The notes beneath the pieces were generated by a model. That model worked only from the letters and a program-made list of their open reading frames with translations. It ran no database searches and had not been told where the DNA came from. From assembly GCA_001938485.1 (NCBI GenBank), contig MQRK01187068.1, forward strand, positions 36,489 through 93,501: a stretch of 57,013 bases of DNA, written 5' to 3'. The translations under genes were made by a program, and so were the position numbers. This document shows positions 38,341 to 50,299 of this stretch, one piece after another. This DNA is from Girardia tigrina (lineage: Eukaryota). How positions within the stretch are numbered: position 1 is the stretch's first letter; the number at the start of each line of letters is the position of its first letter.

Positions 38341-38483
38341 TTTTCGATAGAGCCGCATATTTAGTTAAGTTTGTAAATTTAATGTTTGTAAATTTAATGA
38401 TACCTGGAATCATTTAGAATTTTGAAGTTAGTTCCTACAGGACTGGGAGGTATATGTGGTACGTGACTGATCACACCGTTTTC
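38341..38483 (+). repeat. Dispersed repeat shared with 50173-50295
   Basis: TTTTCGATAGAGCCGCATATTTAGTTAAG...GTACGTGACTGATCACACCGTTTTC present in both places. Confidence 0.9.
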
Positions 38484-39687
38484 TATTATACATAATATAT
38501 TTACCAAATCTAACTCATTCACTAAAATGGTTTATAATATGTAAATGTTATCTTATTATTATAGACAAATATCTCATAATTCACAATATTCAAAATCTCT
38601 TTGTTTATAATTTTCACAATCTCGTGATTCTATTGATGAAATGATTAAACAATCTTCATTATGAACTCTAGTAGATAGTTTTGTAAAAACTGGAAAGCCA
38701 TTCAAGGGTAGTGAGCTAGATTACTAGTGACCCATACTTCGGGGACGAGTGCACAATATCCCCCCCCATGTATCGAGCCTAAACGAAAAAGCAAATGTGT
38801 CATTCGACATTCATTAAAGTGCTAGTTAGACACAACAATTACATCAAATGTTTCATCTTGATAATCAGCTTCATTTTATTCTGAAATACGAATCACTGCG
38901 ATAAACTAAAAAAGCTTTATTTTAACTTTATTAAACATTGATTCAAAATGACTTGTATTTATAAATGCGGGTAGATTGTTCTTAGACCAGCTTATGTAAA
39001 TACATTTGTGCCGGGAATACATTTTGAATTAATTTTTCTGTCAGATTTAGTATAAAGTTTCATGAATTTCGACCATATATATCCAAAAAGTAATAAATTT
39101 TTCTTTGAATTTTCATGAATTATTCAAATGTCTCCCCTTTTATTTATGAATAATGACGACTGATGTCCTGGACGAATTCCTCGCCTAACAAACCTTCCTC
39201 TCCTGCTCGCTGTTACTCGAGTTCATATTTACCTCTTAAAATAACTTGTCAAATAAAAATAAAACGGCACATCGAAAAATGAATTATTTAATTAACAAAA
39301 TTTTATATTTTTTCACAAAATATGAATGGATCGATCGTTTTATAACAAATATTTAATCGTAAAGAAAAAACAGTTTTACGCATATGAAATTTCAAATAAT
39401 TGTTTAACATATTTAAGATACGAATGATTGTTTAATTTTGAGAACCACTTGTCCCAATGTGAGATAAGATCAATGTGCTGTAGTATCTGATCACAAGTGA
39501 TGACTGAGTGCACTGTATGAACGAGCACATGTGTACGCCACTCGTGTACCGGGACGTACGACACTTGTTCGATTAATCGCTAATTACTGTATAATAATTA
39601 TTGTAGTAATTACTATTATCTAAGATATTCAATGAATACTATGACAATACACACGAGTACACGGGGGAAATGATTCCATTTATTTAG

Positions 39688-39816
39688 GTAGCACATATGA
39701 CTAAGAGTGAGTTGTGTCTGTTTGACAATGAATTGATCGGCCCGGGCCTGCTGATCATGAATCAATATTTATTCAATTCGTACTTCGATGAGTATGTCGT
39801 GCTGTGGATTTGCTGT
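39688..39816 (+). CDS. cept1: cept1 exon 7
   Basis: [43 protein letters not shown]; TAG| acceptor and |GTAAGT donor. Confidence 0.95.
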
Positions 39817-40929
39817 GTAAGTTATATTCATTGTCTTCTCTTTCTTATCAATTTCTCTTCTTATTTTAATCTGGATTAAGCACTTTTGTTATTGATTTTT
39901 TCTCGGATTTGTGTTTTGCATTTCTTTGCTGATATGAAAAAACAATTATTTCATAGATTAATTAATTATTTAGATTAATTATTTAGTTATATAGTAAGTA
40001 ACCCTTTCTAGGAAATTATAATCATTGTTATTAATTATTATTGATAATTATCAGTATTAAGTATAAAGTTTAATTTAATTTACTTTGGCGATTGATTTTT
40101 TAAATTTATTTATAAATTTTTTCGAATGTAAATCGTTTCGTGTAATAGCTTATTATCTTAATGTATTGATCGGACCGGGATCAGTGGATGTTGATCTATG
40201 CAAGGTGTGCTTGGTTTACTGGAGTGATAGATGACATTAGCATATTGAGCATTTTATTTACTTTAATAATCATAAATAATGATTTGTTAGGTGCAGTGAC
40301 TTTAAAAGTACAAATTTTAAAGCGTACTTGTGTGAGATTATTTTACTAAAGCCCGTGGATTAATTTGGAAAGGAATAAATAAATGACTGTGTGATTTTCA
40401 AATATCGACCCGTTTAGATTCTACAATTTTGAATTTTGTCTCTTTTCTAACAAAAAAAAAGATTTCTAGAAAATGATTTTGGTAAAATATTATAGCTTTT
40501 AACAATCTTATGCAAGCACTTTTTTATTGTACCTACACTTTATACACCGTATCATCAAATATATTGCTCATATGTAACAGAGTTAGTTATATTTACTTAA
40601 TTCAGATTCTCGTATTTTCACCCGTTTAAAAATCGTTTCTTCTTTAGTTTCGTTAAATGTTGTAAAGTATCAAAAATATATTCTTAGTCATCTTTTTGAA
40701 GATACTCAATTGAATCTTTCTAATTCTTTAAAAATTTAATTGGGTATATAGCATTTGGCAACCAGAAAAAGTAATTAACGTTTTTTCTGTACACCGGCAA
40801 AAGGATGAATCATACAAATTTCATGTGAACCTCATATGGTTTTCGATCGCTCTTGCTTTGCTTTCTTTAATATCAAGATTTCAATTAAAGCGTAAATTCA
40901 TTTTGGTTTATTCTTCACCACAAAATGGG

Positions 40930-41635
40930 TTATTCAAGTTTTCAAATTCGTACTATTTTGCTTTTTGAATACAAAACATGTTGAAAAGGCATCTGAATCT
41001 ACAAGGAAAATACGAAATACTTTTAATAAAGACCCTGTAACAGATCAAGTTGAACGTTTTTGGTTTCGCCATTTCAAATCTGAAAATGAAAACCTTGAAG
41101 ACTCATCACACTCAGGCGTCTATTAGTATGTGAAAACAAAGACATTTGTAAGTGTTTAGATAAAAGTCCCCGTGCAACATGTAAAGAAATTAGGAAAGTA
41201 TTAAGATGTGATAAATTAACCATCAATGCTTTTGTGGTAAGGCTGTCGAATGTCTACTAACATATTGAGTGAGAACAAAAATTACTCTTTTAACCATCGG
41301 TATTGTTTTACTTTTTCTAAGCACCCAGTGAAATTCAAATCTATTCATTGATCGAATTGTCACTTTCGACGAAAAGTGGATGGCCTATGACAATCACAGA
41401 AGATCAAAGAACTCGACTGATTGCAGGGCAGATCCTGGAACAATCGCTAAGAAAAATGTTAACCAGAGAAAGATTATGGTGCAAGTTTTCTGGACTCGTC
41501 CATTTCAATTAATTTACTAGAGGCCAAAAAATTTATACTAATTTGTAATATATTTCACGAAAAGTTACTGGAAATTCATTGACAAAAATAAAATGAAATT
41601 CACTTCTCCATGGTAATGTACTACCACATTACAGA
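40930..41635 (+). mobile_element. Decayed mariner
   Basis: WFRHFKSENENLEDSSHSGR, DRIVTFDEKWMAYDN, LLHGNVLPH. Confidence 0.8.
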
Positions 41636-41702
41636 CAAGACATATTCTGCCACATCAAAAAACATAATTCGTTAAAATTTGTGATCAATACTGAAATTCA
41701 TT

Positions 41703-41758
41703 ATTCCGGAAAGGAACCTTTGGTTGGCATACAAAACTTGAAATTCAAACCACCATTT
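41703..41758. repeat. 56-bp inverted repeat, partner at 44429-44484
   Basis: 53 of 56 positions identical to the reverse complement of 44429-44484. Confidence 0.88.
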
Positions 41759-41803
41759 AGAAAACTAAGCACCACAAAGAAGTATTAAGGTAACTGTAAA
41801 ATA

Positions 41804-43021
41804 CAGGGTTTCCCACCCCAATTTGACATCGTTTCATTAATTTTTGACATTGATTCACTAATTTTTGACAAAATGTCATAAGGTTATTAAAATATTAAAA
41901 AATGACTAAAAGTCGCAAATTTTATTTAAAACAAAATTTCTTCTTCATTAAGACATCTTGGAATGTATGTCCACATATGCCTAAAAAAACCAACACAGTC
42001 ATCAGAAGTTACCAGTTGTGAACCATTGCTTATCGCTGTCATTAGGTCGGTTTCATTGCTTGGGTTGGTTCTTTTTGTTATTTCCTTCCATTTGTTGAAC
42101 ATATTTTCTATTGGATTTAGGAAAGGCGAATAAGGAAGGAGGTATAAAATCCTATAATTAAAACTATCGAGCAGAGCCTTAACTTCATTCATATGGTGAA
42201 AGCGCACATTGTCCNNNNNNNNNNNNNNNNNNNNNNNNNNNNNNNNNNNNNNNNNNNNNNNNNNNNNNNNNNNNNNNNNNNNNNNNNNNNNNNNNNNNNN
42301 NNNNNNNNNNNNNNNNNNNNNNNNNNNNNNNNNNNNNNNNNNNNNNNNNNNNNNNNNNNNNNNNNNNNNNNNNNNNNNNNNNNNGACCACGTGAAGATCT
42401 CGAAGACACGCTAAAACCTACTTCATCTAAGAAAATAATTTCTTCCTCTGAAAAAATCGCAGGTAATGAACTAAACTCAAGCGCATATTCTCTCCTTATT
42501 TGGGTTGTATTTTCTGCGTTTCGGCGTTCAGGAATAAGCTGAAGTCTTTTTAATGAATAATTAAAAGACTCGATCAATCTCCCAACTGTGGATTTAGATA
42601 CTGAAACACCGAAATCTTCATTTATCCGTGCAGCAATTTGATTAAGTGAAAGCGTACTATCAACATCAATCCAACTTCTAACAGCATTAATTTCATTATC
42701 ACCCTTCTTTTTTCTAGATGGAGATCCTCTTTTGATTGCGTTTACACGTCCTGTTTGTTGATATAACTTAATAATTTGATGCACTGTTGTTCGTTTGATA
42801 TTTAAAGTTGAAGAGATTTCAGCAATCTTTTTTTGGTTTTCATAGCAAGCAATGATTCTTTCGCGATCTGCGTTAGGAACCGTGGAATTCTTTCGAGACA
42901 TAATCCATTAAAAATAATATTAAATTATAGTAAAATTATAAAACAATTTAGAAATGTCAAAAATTAATTAATCAATGTCAAAAATTAATGAAACGATGTC
43001 AAATTGGGGTGGGAAACCCTG
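41804..43021 (-). mobile_element. IS630/Tc1-superfamily DD34E transposon (Gambol-like), young
   Basis: TA flanks; perfect TIR over 50 bp (CAGGGTTTCCCACCCCAATTTGACATCG...); transposase motifs IFLDEVGF, DNVRFH, YSPFLNPIE. Confidence 0.93.
41926..42901 (-). CDS. DD34E transposase (possibly intact; N gap in middle)
   Basis: No stops in the sequenced parts on either side of the gap; HTH domains plus DDE motifs. Confidence 0.75.
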
Positions 43022-43360
43022 TAATATCACTTTACTTTTCTGCTTTTACATTCTGAAAAAACTAATGAATGTTGATCTTTATACTTGATACTCAAATAGA
43101 TAAGATATAAAATTATCAAAGAATGAATGCAAGATTATTTGAGTTGATTCTGCTATTACAATCTCTCAATGGGTTTTATCTTTGAATGAAATTTTTTGAA
43201 ACTTAATCTTTTAATGAGCCTAAAGTGACTTTTTGTTGAAAATACTAAACTCGGTTTGTTTATTAAAATAATTGAAAAAATATTGATAAAATGTGTGAAA
43301 CAGATGTTAATTTCACGTGAAAATCTTATCCATTTCGGTTTATATATTAAAATATAAATT

Positions 43361-44395
43361 AACTAGAAAAATACCCGTCGTATATAACGGGTCAGGTGAA
43401 TTTTCGACTTTGAAAGTTTCTGCTTTAATTTTTAAATCGTAATTATTATACTTTATTATTAATTGTTTTGAATTCTGTGTTAATTTAACAGTCATTCAAA
43501 TAAATCGGCTCCCAGGGCCTTTTGGCTAAGGCGCTGTAGAGACAGAACCGTCTCAATGCGGATTATGCAGAGCTATCTCAACCTTACACCGATTCACTCA
43601 CTTTTCCTCAAATATTTCTCATTTTATCAGCATATATATGATCATAGTAAAATTTGAGCTTGACCGACAAACCGTGAATCAGATGATAACGAAATTTTGC
43701 AAATTTAACCTAAATTGATTTTTAGAAATATAATTAGTAAATAAAGGATAGAAATCGTCATTTATCATATAAATTAGTATTTTATTGATAATCGCATAAA
43801 AATTTTCACGAAAATCCGTGTAGGAATCATCAAAATCGTCATTCGAAATCGATGTTAATTTAACCATTTAACGACTTGTACGGTTTTCGATCGATTTCAT
43901 CGGCTTCCTGGCGTCTTTCGGCAAAGGCGCTACACCGACAAAATTGTATTGATGCAGGCTATTCAGAATGACCACGTCCGCTACCTCCGCATTTTATTTG
44001 TTGATACTATTTCTTAACAACGAAAATTTGTAATTTTTACAAAATAATTAGTGAATAAGTGATAAAATTCATCATTTATCTAATGAATTAGTATTTTATT
44101 GATAATTTCATAAAAATTTTCCCGGAAATCCATGTAGAAATCATCAAAATCGTCATTATTCGAAATCGGTGTTAATTTAACCATTTAACGACTTGTACGG
44201 TTTTCGATCGATTTCATCGGCTTCCGGGCGTCTTTTGGCAAAGGCACTACACCGAAAAAATATTATTGAAGCGGGTTATTCAGATTGACCACGATCTTAA
44301 ATGCATTCACTCTGGTTCGTCCGCAATTTCACATTGAAAAGCGTGACCGACAAAAAAACAAACCAACACACTTTTTAGACAAATATTACATATTT
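43361..44395 (+). mobile_element. Helentron/DINE-like non-autonomous rolling-circle element
   Basis: Starts AACTAG..TACCCGTCG..ACGGGT hairpin; three internal imperfect 0.3-0.4 kb repeats; 3' CGTGACCGA(CAAA)n tail that recurs at ~56310. Confidence 0.55.
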
Positions 44396-44502
44396 TTTTC
44401 TAATAAATCTTAGATCGAAAGTAAATAAAAATGGTGGTTTGATTTTCAAGTTTTGTATGCCAACCAAGGGTTCCTTTTCGGAATTTGGACGAAGTGGTCA
44501 CT

Positions 44503-44607
44503 GTAAGTAGTGTTTATGCCACTTTCAGTATTATCAAATTCTTAAATCATAATTTAACACCACAAAATTTATTAATATCAACAATTCACGTATTTAAACA
44601 AATTTCC
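44503..44607 (+). repeat. Dispersed repeat shared with 56901-57007
   Basis: GTAAGTAG(T/C)GTTTATGCCACTTTCA...ATTTAACACCACAAAA...ACAATTCAC present in both. Confidence 0.85.
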
Positions 44608-45459
44608 TAATAATTCAATTATTTCGCCCAAAATTAATTTATTAAATTCCTTTGATTAAATTTTGAAAATTTACGAAATTTAAACTTTAAATTATTTTAC
44701 ATTTTTTTACGAAAATTTTACGAAATTTAAACTTTAAATTAAATCAAACATTTTACGAAACTTTATCATAAAAACTAATTAATTTAAATTTACATTAAAC
44801 ATTTTTATTAAAAAAATTATTTCTTAAAATATTAATCCATTAATTATTTATTTTAAAATTTATTTAAACTATTTCATAAATTTTATTAAAATATATCAAT
44901 TGTTATTACTGTAAGCATCTTTTAAATAAGTATTTATTTTATCATATTTTTACTCTACATTTTAGTTTATTTTAATTTATTTCTTTTAAATTTTCAAATT
45001 AAAAAAATAATAAACTATTTTGGCGAAATTTAAACTAACCCCTTATAGTTACAAAATTTGACGAATTTCATTTGCCATTTTATCCTTCTATCAATAAAAA
45101 TCCATGTGGATAGATTTAGAAAATATTTTCAATTTTAGATAAGTTAAATGTGGAAGAAAATTACTTTTTCCTTTTGAAAACGTTAAGGATAATGTTAAAA
45201 TATAACAACTGTTAGTTACAATCTTCTGCTATAAAATAAATCAAGATTAATCTTCAAATTAAAATGAAAATTCATTTACTATATTAAATATCGAATTTCC
45301 TAATTCATTTTGTATTCCTTCCACACCTTAATTAAGGATTTATTAAAGACTTTTCTAGTAGAGTGTAAGAGAAGTTTTTAATTTATAAATTAAGATTGAA
45401 TATTTAATTTTAAATAAATTCTTTGAAATCAATAAAATAATTTTACAATAAACTATGTG

Positions 45460-46523
45460 GTTGGGGTACACCAAAACAGAATTCTATTCACTGTAAATAT
45501 TAAAATATTTTTGGGCTATTTTCTCAGCTTCGGCGCTACTCTTGACTAGTAATGTTAGTTATTAATGTAGTATCTGTTATTGCAAGTAGTAAAGAATGCC
45601 ATACAAAAGATTAAGATTACACTAAGGGGTTAAATAATACACTCCAACGGCGAGGCGATACGGAAAAAATATCAATTTCTTGAGTTCTTGAATTACTGGA
45701 ATTAAAAAAATTCAGGTCCTCCACTCAAAAAATTATCTTCATTATTTAATAAATGGCACGTAAAAAGCTTGAGTGTTAAGTTGACAGATTCTAGATTTTA
45801 CTGCATTACACTTACCACGCATATCAGCACTGATCATCATTGTCCTCAGGTCATCCAAATTTACAACAAGCTCTGTTTAACCTATTAAGGTCGGAATTTA
45901 TTATTAAATTATATTTGTAAACTTGAATAAGTGTTTAAAACATGATTTCGGCGCCCAAACATCATAAAACGTCACTCATATATTACACAATCTTATAACG
46001 TCCACTTAACAGCGTAATTTAAATTCCAGTGTTTGTATGTAAACATTTTTTGACGTGGTGTTTTGCGTTACTTATTTGTAATGGATTAACTGGAGAGTGA
46101 AGTTTTCGTTTTCTACTTATTCCTTTCTTACACATTTTGGCAGCTGCCACGCCAATATTCTTCAGTTTATTACACACATCATAAAACTGATTTTCAGTAA
46201 TATCAGCGAAAAATTGATGAAGAACTTCGGTGCACTTTTGTAGGCTTCAAGTAAGGTGTTCTCTCTTAAAAAGAGAAATAACACTGTGTTGAAAATCAGT
46301 CAATTGTGGAGTGATTTTCTGAAGAGAAAATAAATAATGAAACGTCATTGCTATATAATTATAGGACAGAAATATCAACCAATCAGAGGCAGTCAATGAC
46401 GTCTTTATCGCGTGCTTCCTTAAATATATAAAATCCTTTGGATTTATTTATGTAAACATAAATTTATTTGCCTTTATCACTTGTTTAAGTAAATACACTT
46501 TGGTTTTCTATTGGGCACCCTGT
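45460..46523 (-). mobile_element. Possible decayed Tc1/mariner element
   Basis: TIR-like end GGGCACCCTG at ~46513-46522; NLDDLRTM remnant. Confidence 0.3.
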
Positions 46524-46648
46524 TTTATATTTAATTTTGTGAAATCTGAATTTTTATTTATGAAGTGCACTGGAAATAAAGCATCATCGAAAAAAAATTA
46601 ATTTAATGTAAAATTCGTATTAGATTGATAAATGTTACACGTTTGTAG

Positions 46649-46876
46649 ATATATTCCACCATGAACATGTTATTGTACACGAGAGCGATCTGCAACCAAA
46701 TAGCAGATTATCTAAATATCTACATATTCAGTGTGACAAAGATCACAGATAACAGAACCACAAACAATAAGCTTGATGGAAATACCAGACAACCTCCGAC
46801 TTTCAGTTATAATCAATCATTCAAGGCTCTCGAGTCTAACAAATTGAAAATTCCGATTGACAAGAAGCATCATTAA
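46649..46876 (+). CDS. cept1: cept1 exon 8 (terminal)
   Basis: IYSTMNMLLYTRAICNQIADYLNIYIF matches CEPT1 'CNQIASHLHIHVF'; ends KKHH-TAA; AATAAA just after the stop. The 8 exons total 1269 nt in frame. Confidence 0.92.
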   Translation: MYSTMNMLLYTRAICNQIADYLNIYIFSVTKITDNRTTNNKLDGNTRQPPTFSYNQSFKALESNKLKIPIDKKHH

Positions 46877-47691
46877 GAATAAAGTATCGCTATTTGCTGA
46901 GGAGTGTCTCTCGTGATCTAACGACTTTTATGTTTTAACACCAACTAATCAACCTAATTTTTATAGATAGAAATCAGTATGTCTGTGAGGAGTGTACATT
47001 TCTGTATGTATGTATGTGTGTGTGTTACTGTGCTGCCCATTTTTACTGATAATACTTGCTTTTAATTATTATTATTATTATTACGGTATTATTTGTTGGT
47101 TTTTCCGAGTCATAATTGTTGTGTCGTGTGTTTGGTTAGTATCACTGAATATCAATAATAACAGATACAATAATTATAAAACGGATTATCGCTTTTTTGA
47201 GCAGTGAAAATGCAGTTTTATGTCTATCAGTTTTATTCAATCAAATGAGAAATGTCTTTCAGAATAGATATGATTATGAGAGGATGGTTTTGTGGATTTG
47301 TGTGTGTGATTCAGTAGGTGGACTAAATGATTCTGGGGTGACAATGTCGACAGTCAGGGGGGGGCGATTGGTGTGATGGTTACATGTGTCGATGTTTTTG
47401 ACGATTCCGAATTAGTTACTAATATTTAATTATCTTTAAATTTACCAAATGTATTTTGTGTTTTTCAGTTAAATTTTTTCCTATTTCTCTATCGGATAAT
47501 CTTCAGTCATAACTTATTATAAAAATGTTTTCGGTACGTTTTCTTTAGCTTTCAAAAAATTTTCTGATATTATTTGTGAATTTTTAAATTTGTATGACAT
47601 TTGCAAATAATCAATTATTAGAAAAGAAGACTTTTATTAGCAATTGATGAAAATAATTATTTTTAATTAATAGTTTTTTTTTCAAAATTAA

Positions 47692-47912
47692 CCTGTTAAC
47701 CGAGCGTTCTTCTGTGCTATTATGTTATTTATAACGGTCTCGCATTTATTTTAAGTAAGTTTTAAGTTAGTATGTTTTAAATACACAAAAGTGACGTAAT
47801 TATGTTTTATTCTTTGCGAGTTCAAGAGCACATCATATATTTTGTGGACAACTATTTACGGTCTTCCTATTTTGCACTTTGACGTATATACACGTCATGC
47901 CCGGTTAACAGG
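47692..47912. mobile_element. piggyBac-like MITE (second family)
   Basis: TTAA flanks; TIR CCTGTTAACCG / CGGTTAACAGG. Confidence 0.8.
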
Positions 47913-48176
47913 TTAATATTTTGAAATGTTTGTTTCATTTTCTTGTGTTTCTTTAGTTGCCTTTAATTTAATAAGTAAGTGTTACATCAATAAATCAGAA
48001 ATTGGAACGGTAAATTTTAAGAAGGAAAAGTTAATGTGAGAATCTCGAAGATTTTTGTGCCCTGTTTGGAAGATTCTTTTCAAATAATTTCTTATTTTTA
48101 AATTATTAGGTTGTTGTAAAAGCAATGCAGGTTTTTGAACCTAAACTTTAAACAAATGTAAATCAGCACAGAATAA

Positions 48177-48719
48177 TCACAGAATAAAGAACAGTCCCGT
48201 TTCATCTAAATTGAATATGTCTTGAGGCTTGTACTTTGATAAAAGATTTTTCAGTCCTGTATTAATCCAGTAATTGGTCATTTCAAGTGTAACTGATGCT
48301 CCCACGTCACTCAGTTTGTAAGGAAAAATATCAAACCTTGCTTTAAATCTCTCTAAAAAACCATTAATGCAGTGAAAATTTGCAATTCCTAATTTTTCAG
48401 TGAAAAAGTTGACTTTTCTCATTATAATGGCATTTGATACAGGTACATGATCTTCGGGAACTTGGAGAAATCATTTTAAAAAAGCAGATTCTAATTCCAG
48501 ATGATCAGTAGTGCGCATTCGCTTTCTGGAAGGATGAAATTTGCATTGTTGAACTGAAAAGAGGACACTTTGTTTTGCTCGTAGCCAAATGGACACTGTG
48601 CTTTGAGGAAGGCTATGCTTCTTTGATATATCTGAAATACTAACCTATTCTACAATTTCTTTTAAAATTAACATTTTAAACTCCAAGGAATAGGCAACCA
48701 ACTTTAGAGAACTCATCAT
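48177..48719 (-). mobile_element. Tigger/pogo (CENP-B-like HTH) transposase fragment
   Basis: PQSTVSIW, RKRMR..LESAF, GFLERFKAR, YKPQDIFNLDETGLFF. Confidence 0.88.
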
Positions 48720-48846
48720 ATAATACAAATTTAATCTAAATTAACGGATAATTTCTTCAAAACAAAAACACGAAAATAAACTTTATTAGATTAAAATTTA
48801 ACACAACAACAAATGTTTCTCACGGTTTAAATTGTCGCTCGTCTAC

Positions 48847-50171
48847 TTAGGCTGTCTAATAAGTTCCGGGAATATGTCATGCACACACACATGCATACAT
48901 GTATACACGTAAATATTCTATTAGAATGAAGTCACCAATCAGCTGCTTTGGCCAATCATAGAGTCACACACTTATCCACTCTCTTCTCATTGTGACAGCC
49001 AATTATTGCTGCTAACACAGTGTAAGGTGCACCGTCGACACGTTATGGATTTACAGAAAGAACATTTTCGTGCATACATTTACTTAGAAATGCTACGGGG
49101 ACGTAAACCATGTGAAATATATAAACAGCTGCAAGATTCTAACCTGGATGTTCCTTCACAGACAACTGTATTCGAGTGGTACAAACGATTTAAAGAGGGA
49201 AGACAATCCCTTGTTGGTGATCCAAGATGCGGCCGCCCAACCACATCTTCAACCGCTGAAAATGTGCAGATTATCAAAGCGATTGTGAATGAAGAACCAA
49301 TAACATCTCTTAGATCAGTGAGTGCATCGACTGGCCTATCTAAAGATACTGTTAGATAGATTTTCACAAATCAGCTTGAATTGCGAAAGATTTGTTCGAC
49401 ATGGATTCCACATTACCTCTCAGAAGCAAACAAACGGGACAGGATTTTGTGTGCACTAAGCATCATCGCCTTATTTGAAAACCATTTCATCGATTATCTG
49501 TTACACCATTGAGTGACAGAGGATGAGAGTTGGTTTCTGTATGAAACAGCACTGACGAAACAGCAGAATCAGGCATGGCGTCATGCCACACAACCAGAAC
49601 TCACTGTTGTCCGCCCGAAGCTGACAAACAAGAAAACTCTTCTCTTGCTGGCATTCACTGGTGATCAAAAGATAAGTGCTGACATTTGCTCTTTTGGAGA
49701 GACTGTGAACTCAGAGCGTTATGTGGAATTTGTTCGTTCAACTGGGGAAAAATGGCGACATGTTCGCAGACATCCCAAAAAGCTCACGGAATTGTTGTGT
49801 CAACACGATAACGCACGCCCTCACACATCAAAAGAAACAATTGAATTCTTTCATCATCGTGGAGTGACACTCATCAAACAAATCCCATATAGCCCTGACA
49901 TGAATCAGTGTGATCGATGGGTGTTCAAGAACCTGAAACATTCATTTTGAGGGCAGAAATTCGTGGACGGTGATGAGGTGAAAGGAATAGCAGTGCAGGT
50001 GCTCCGCGGTCTCCCTGAAGAGAAGTTTCGTCAAGAATTGTTATCATTGTATGAACATTGCAAACTAGTTGTAATTAATCATGGAAATTATGTAGTTTAA
50101 ATATAATATAGAATTGTTTGGAATTTTCATAGAATTCAGTTTTTTTTAAACAATTTCGGGAACTAATTAGA
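48847..50171 (+). mobile_element. mariner DD34D, full length with 3 in-frame stops
   Basis: TIR cores TCTAATAAGTTCC / GGAACTAATTAGA; single frame 49045-50100 with WIPHYL, TEDESW, HDNARPH, YSPDMNQCD. Confidence 0.93.
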
Positions 50172-50299
50172 ATTTTCGATAGAGCCGCATATTTAGTTAA
50201 GTTATGTTTGTAAATTTAATTATACCTGGAATCATTTAGAATTTTGAAGTTAGTTCCTACAGGTATATGTGTACGTGACTGATCACACCGTTTTCAGTG

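Noticed and set aside
43504-43540. GGCCTTTTGGCTAAG matches the U2 snRNA 5' region
   Set aside because: It is a variant of the element's internal repeat (compare 43900 and 44217), and the rest of U2 is absent.
45566-45579. TGTAGTATCTGTT resembling the U2 branch-recognition sequence
   Set aside because: Isolated 13-mer with no flanking U2 similarity.
46649-46876. Selenoprotein I (EPT1) with Sec readthrough
   Set aside because: The stop is TAA, there is no in-frame TGA, and the sequence fits CEPT1/CHPT1 better.
49045-50100. In-frame stops as evidence of an alternative genetic code or readthrough
   Set aside because: Mixed TAG/TGA stops are explained by single substitutions in a dead mariner; host genes read normally in the standard code.
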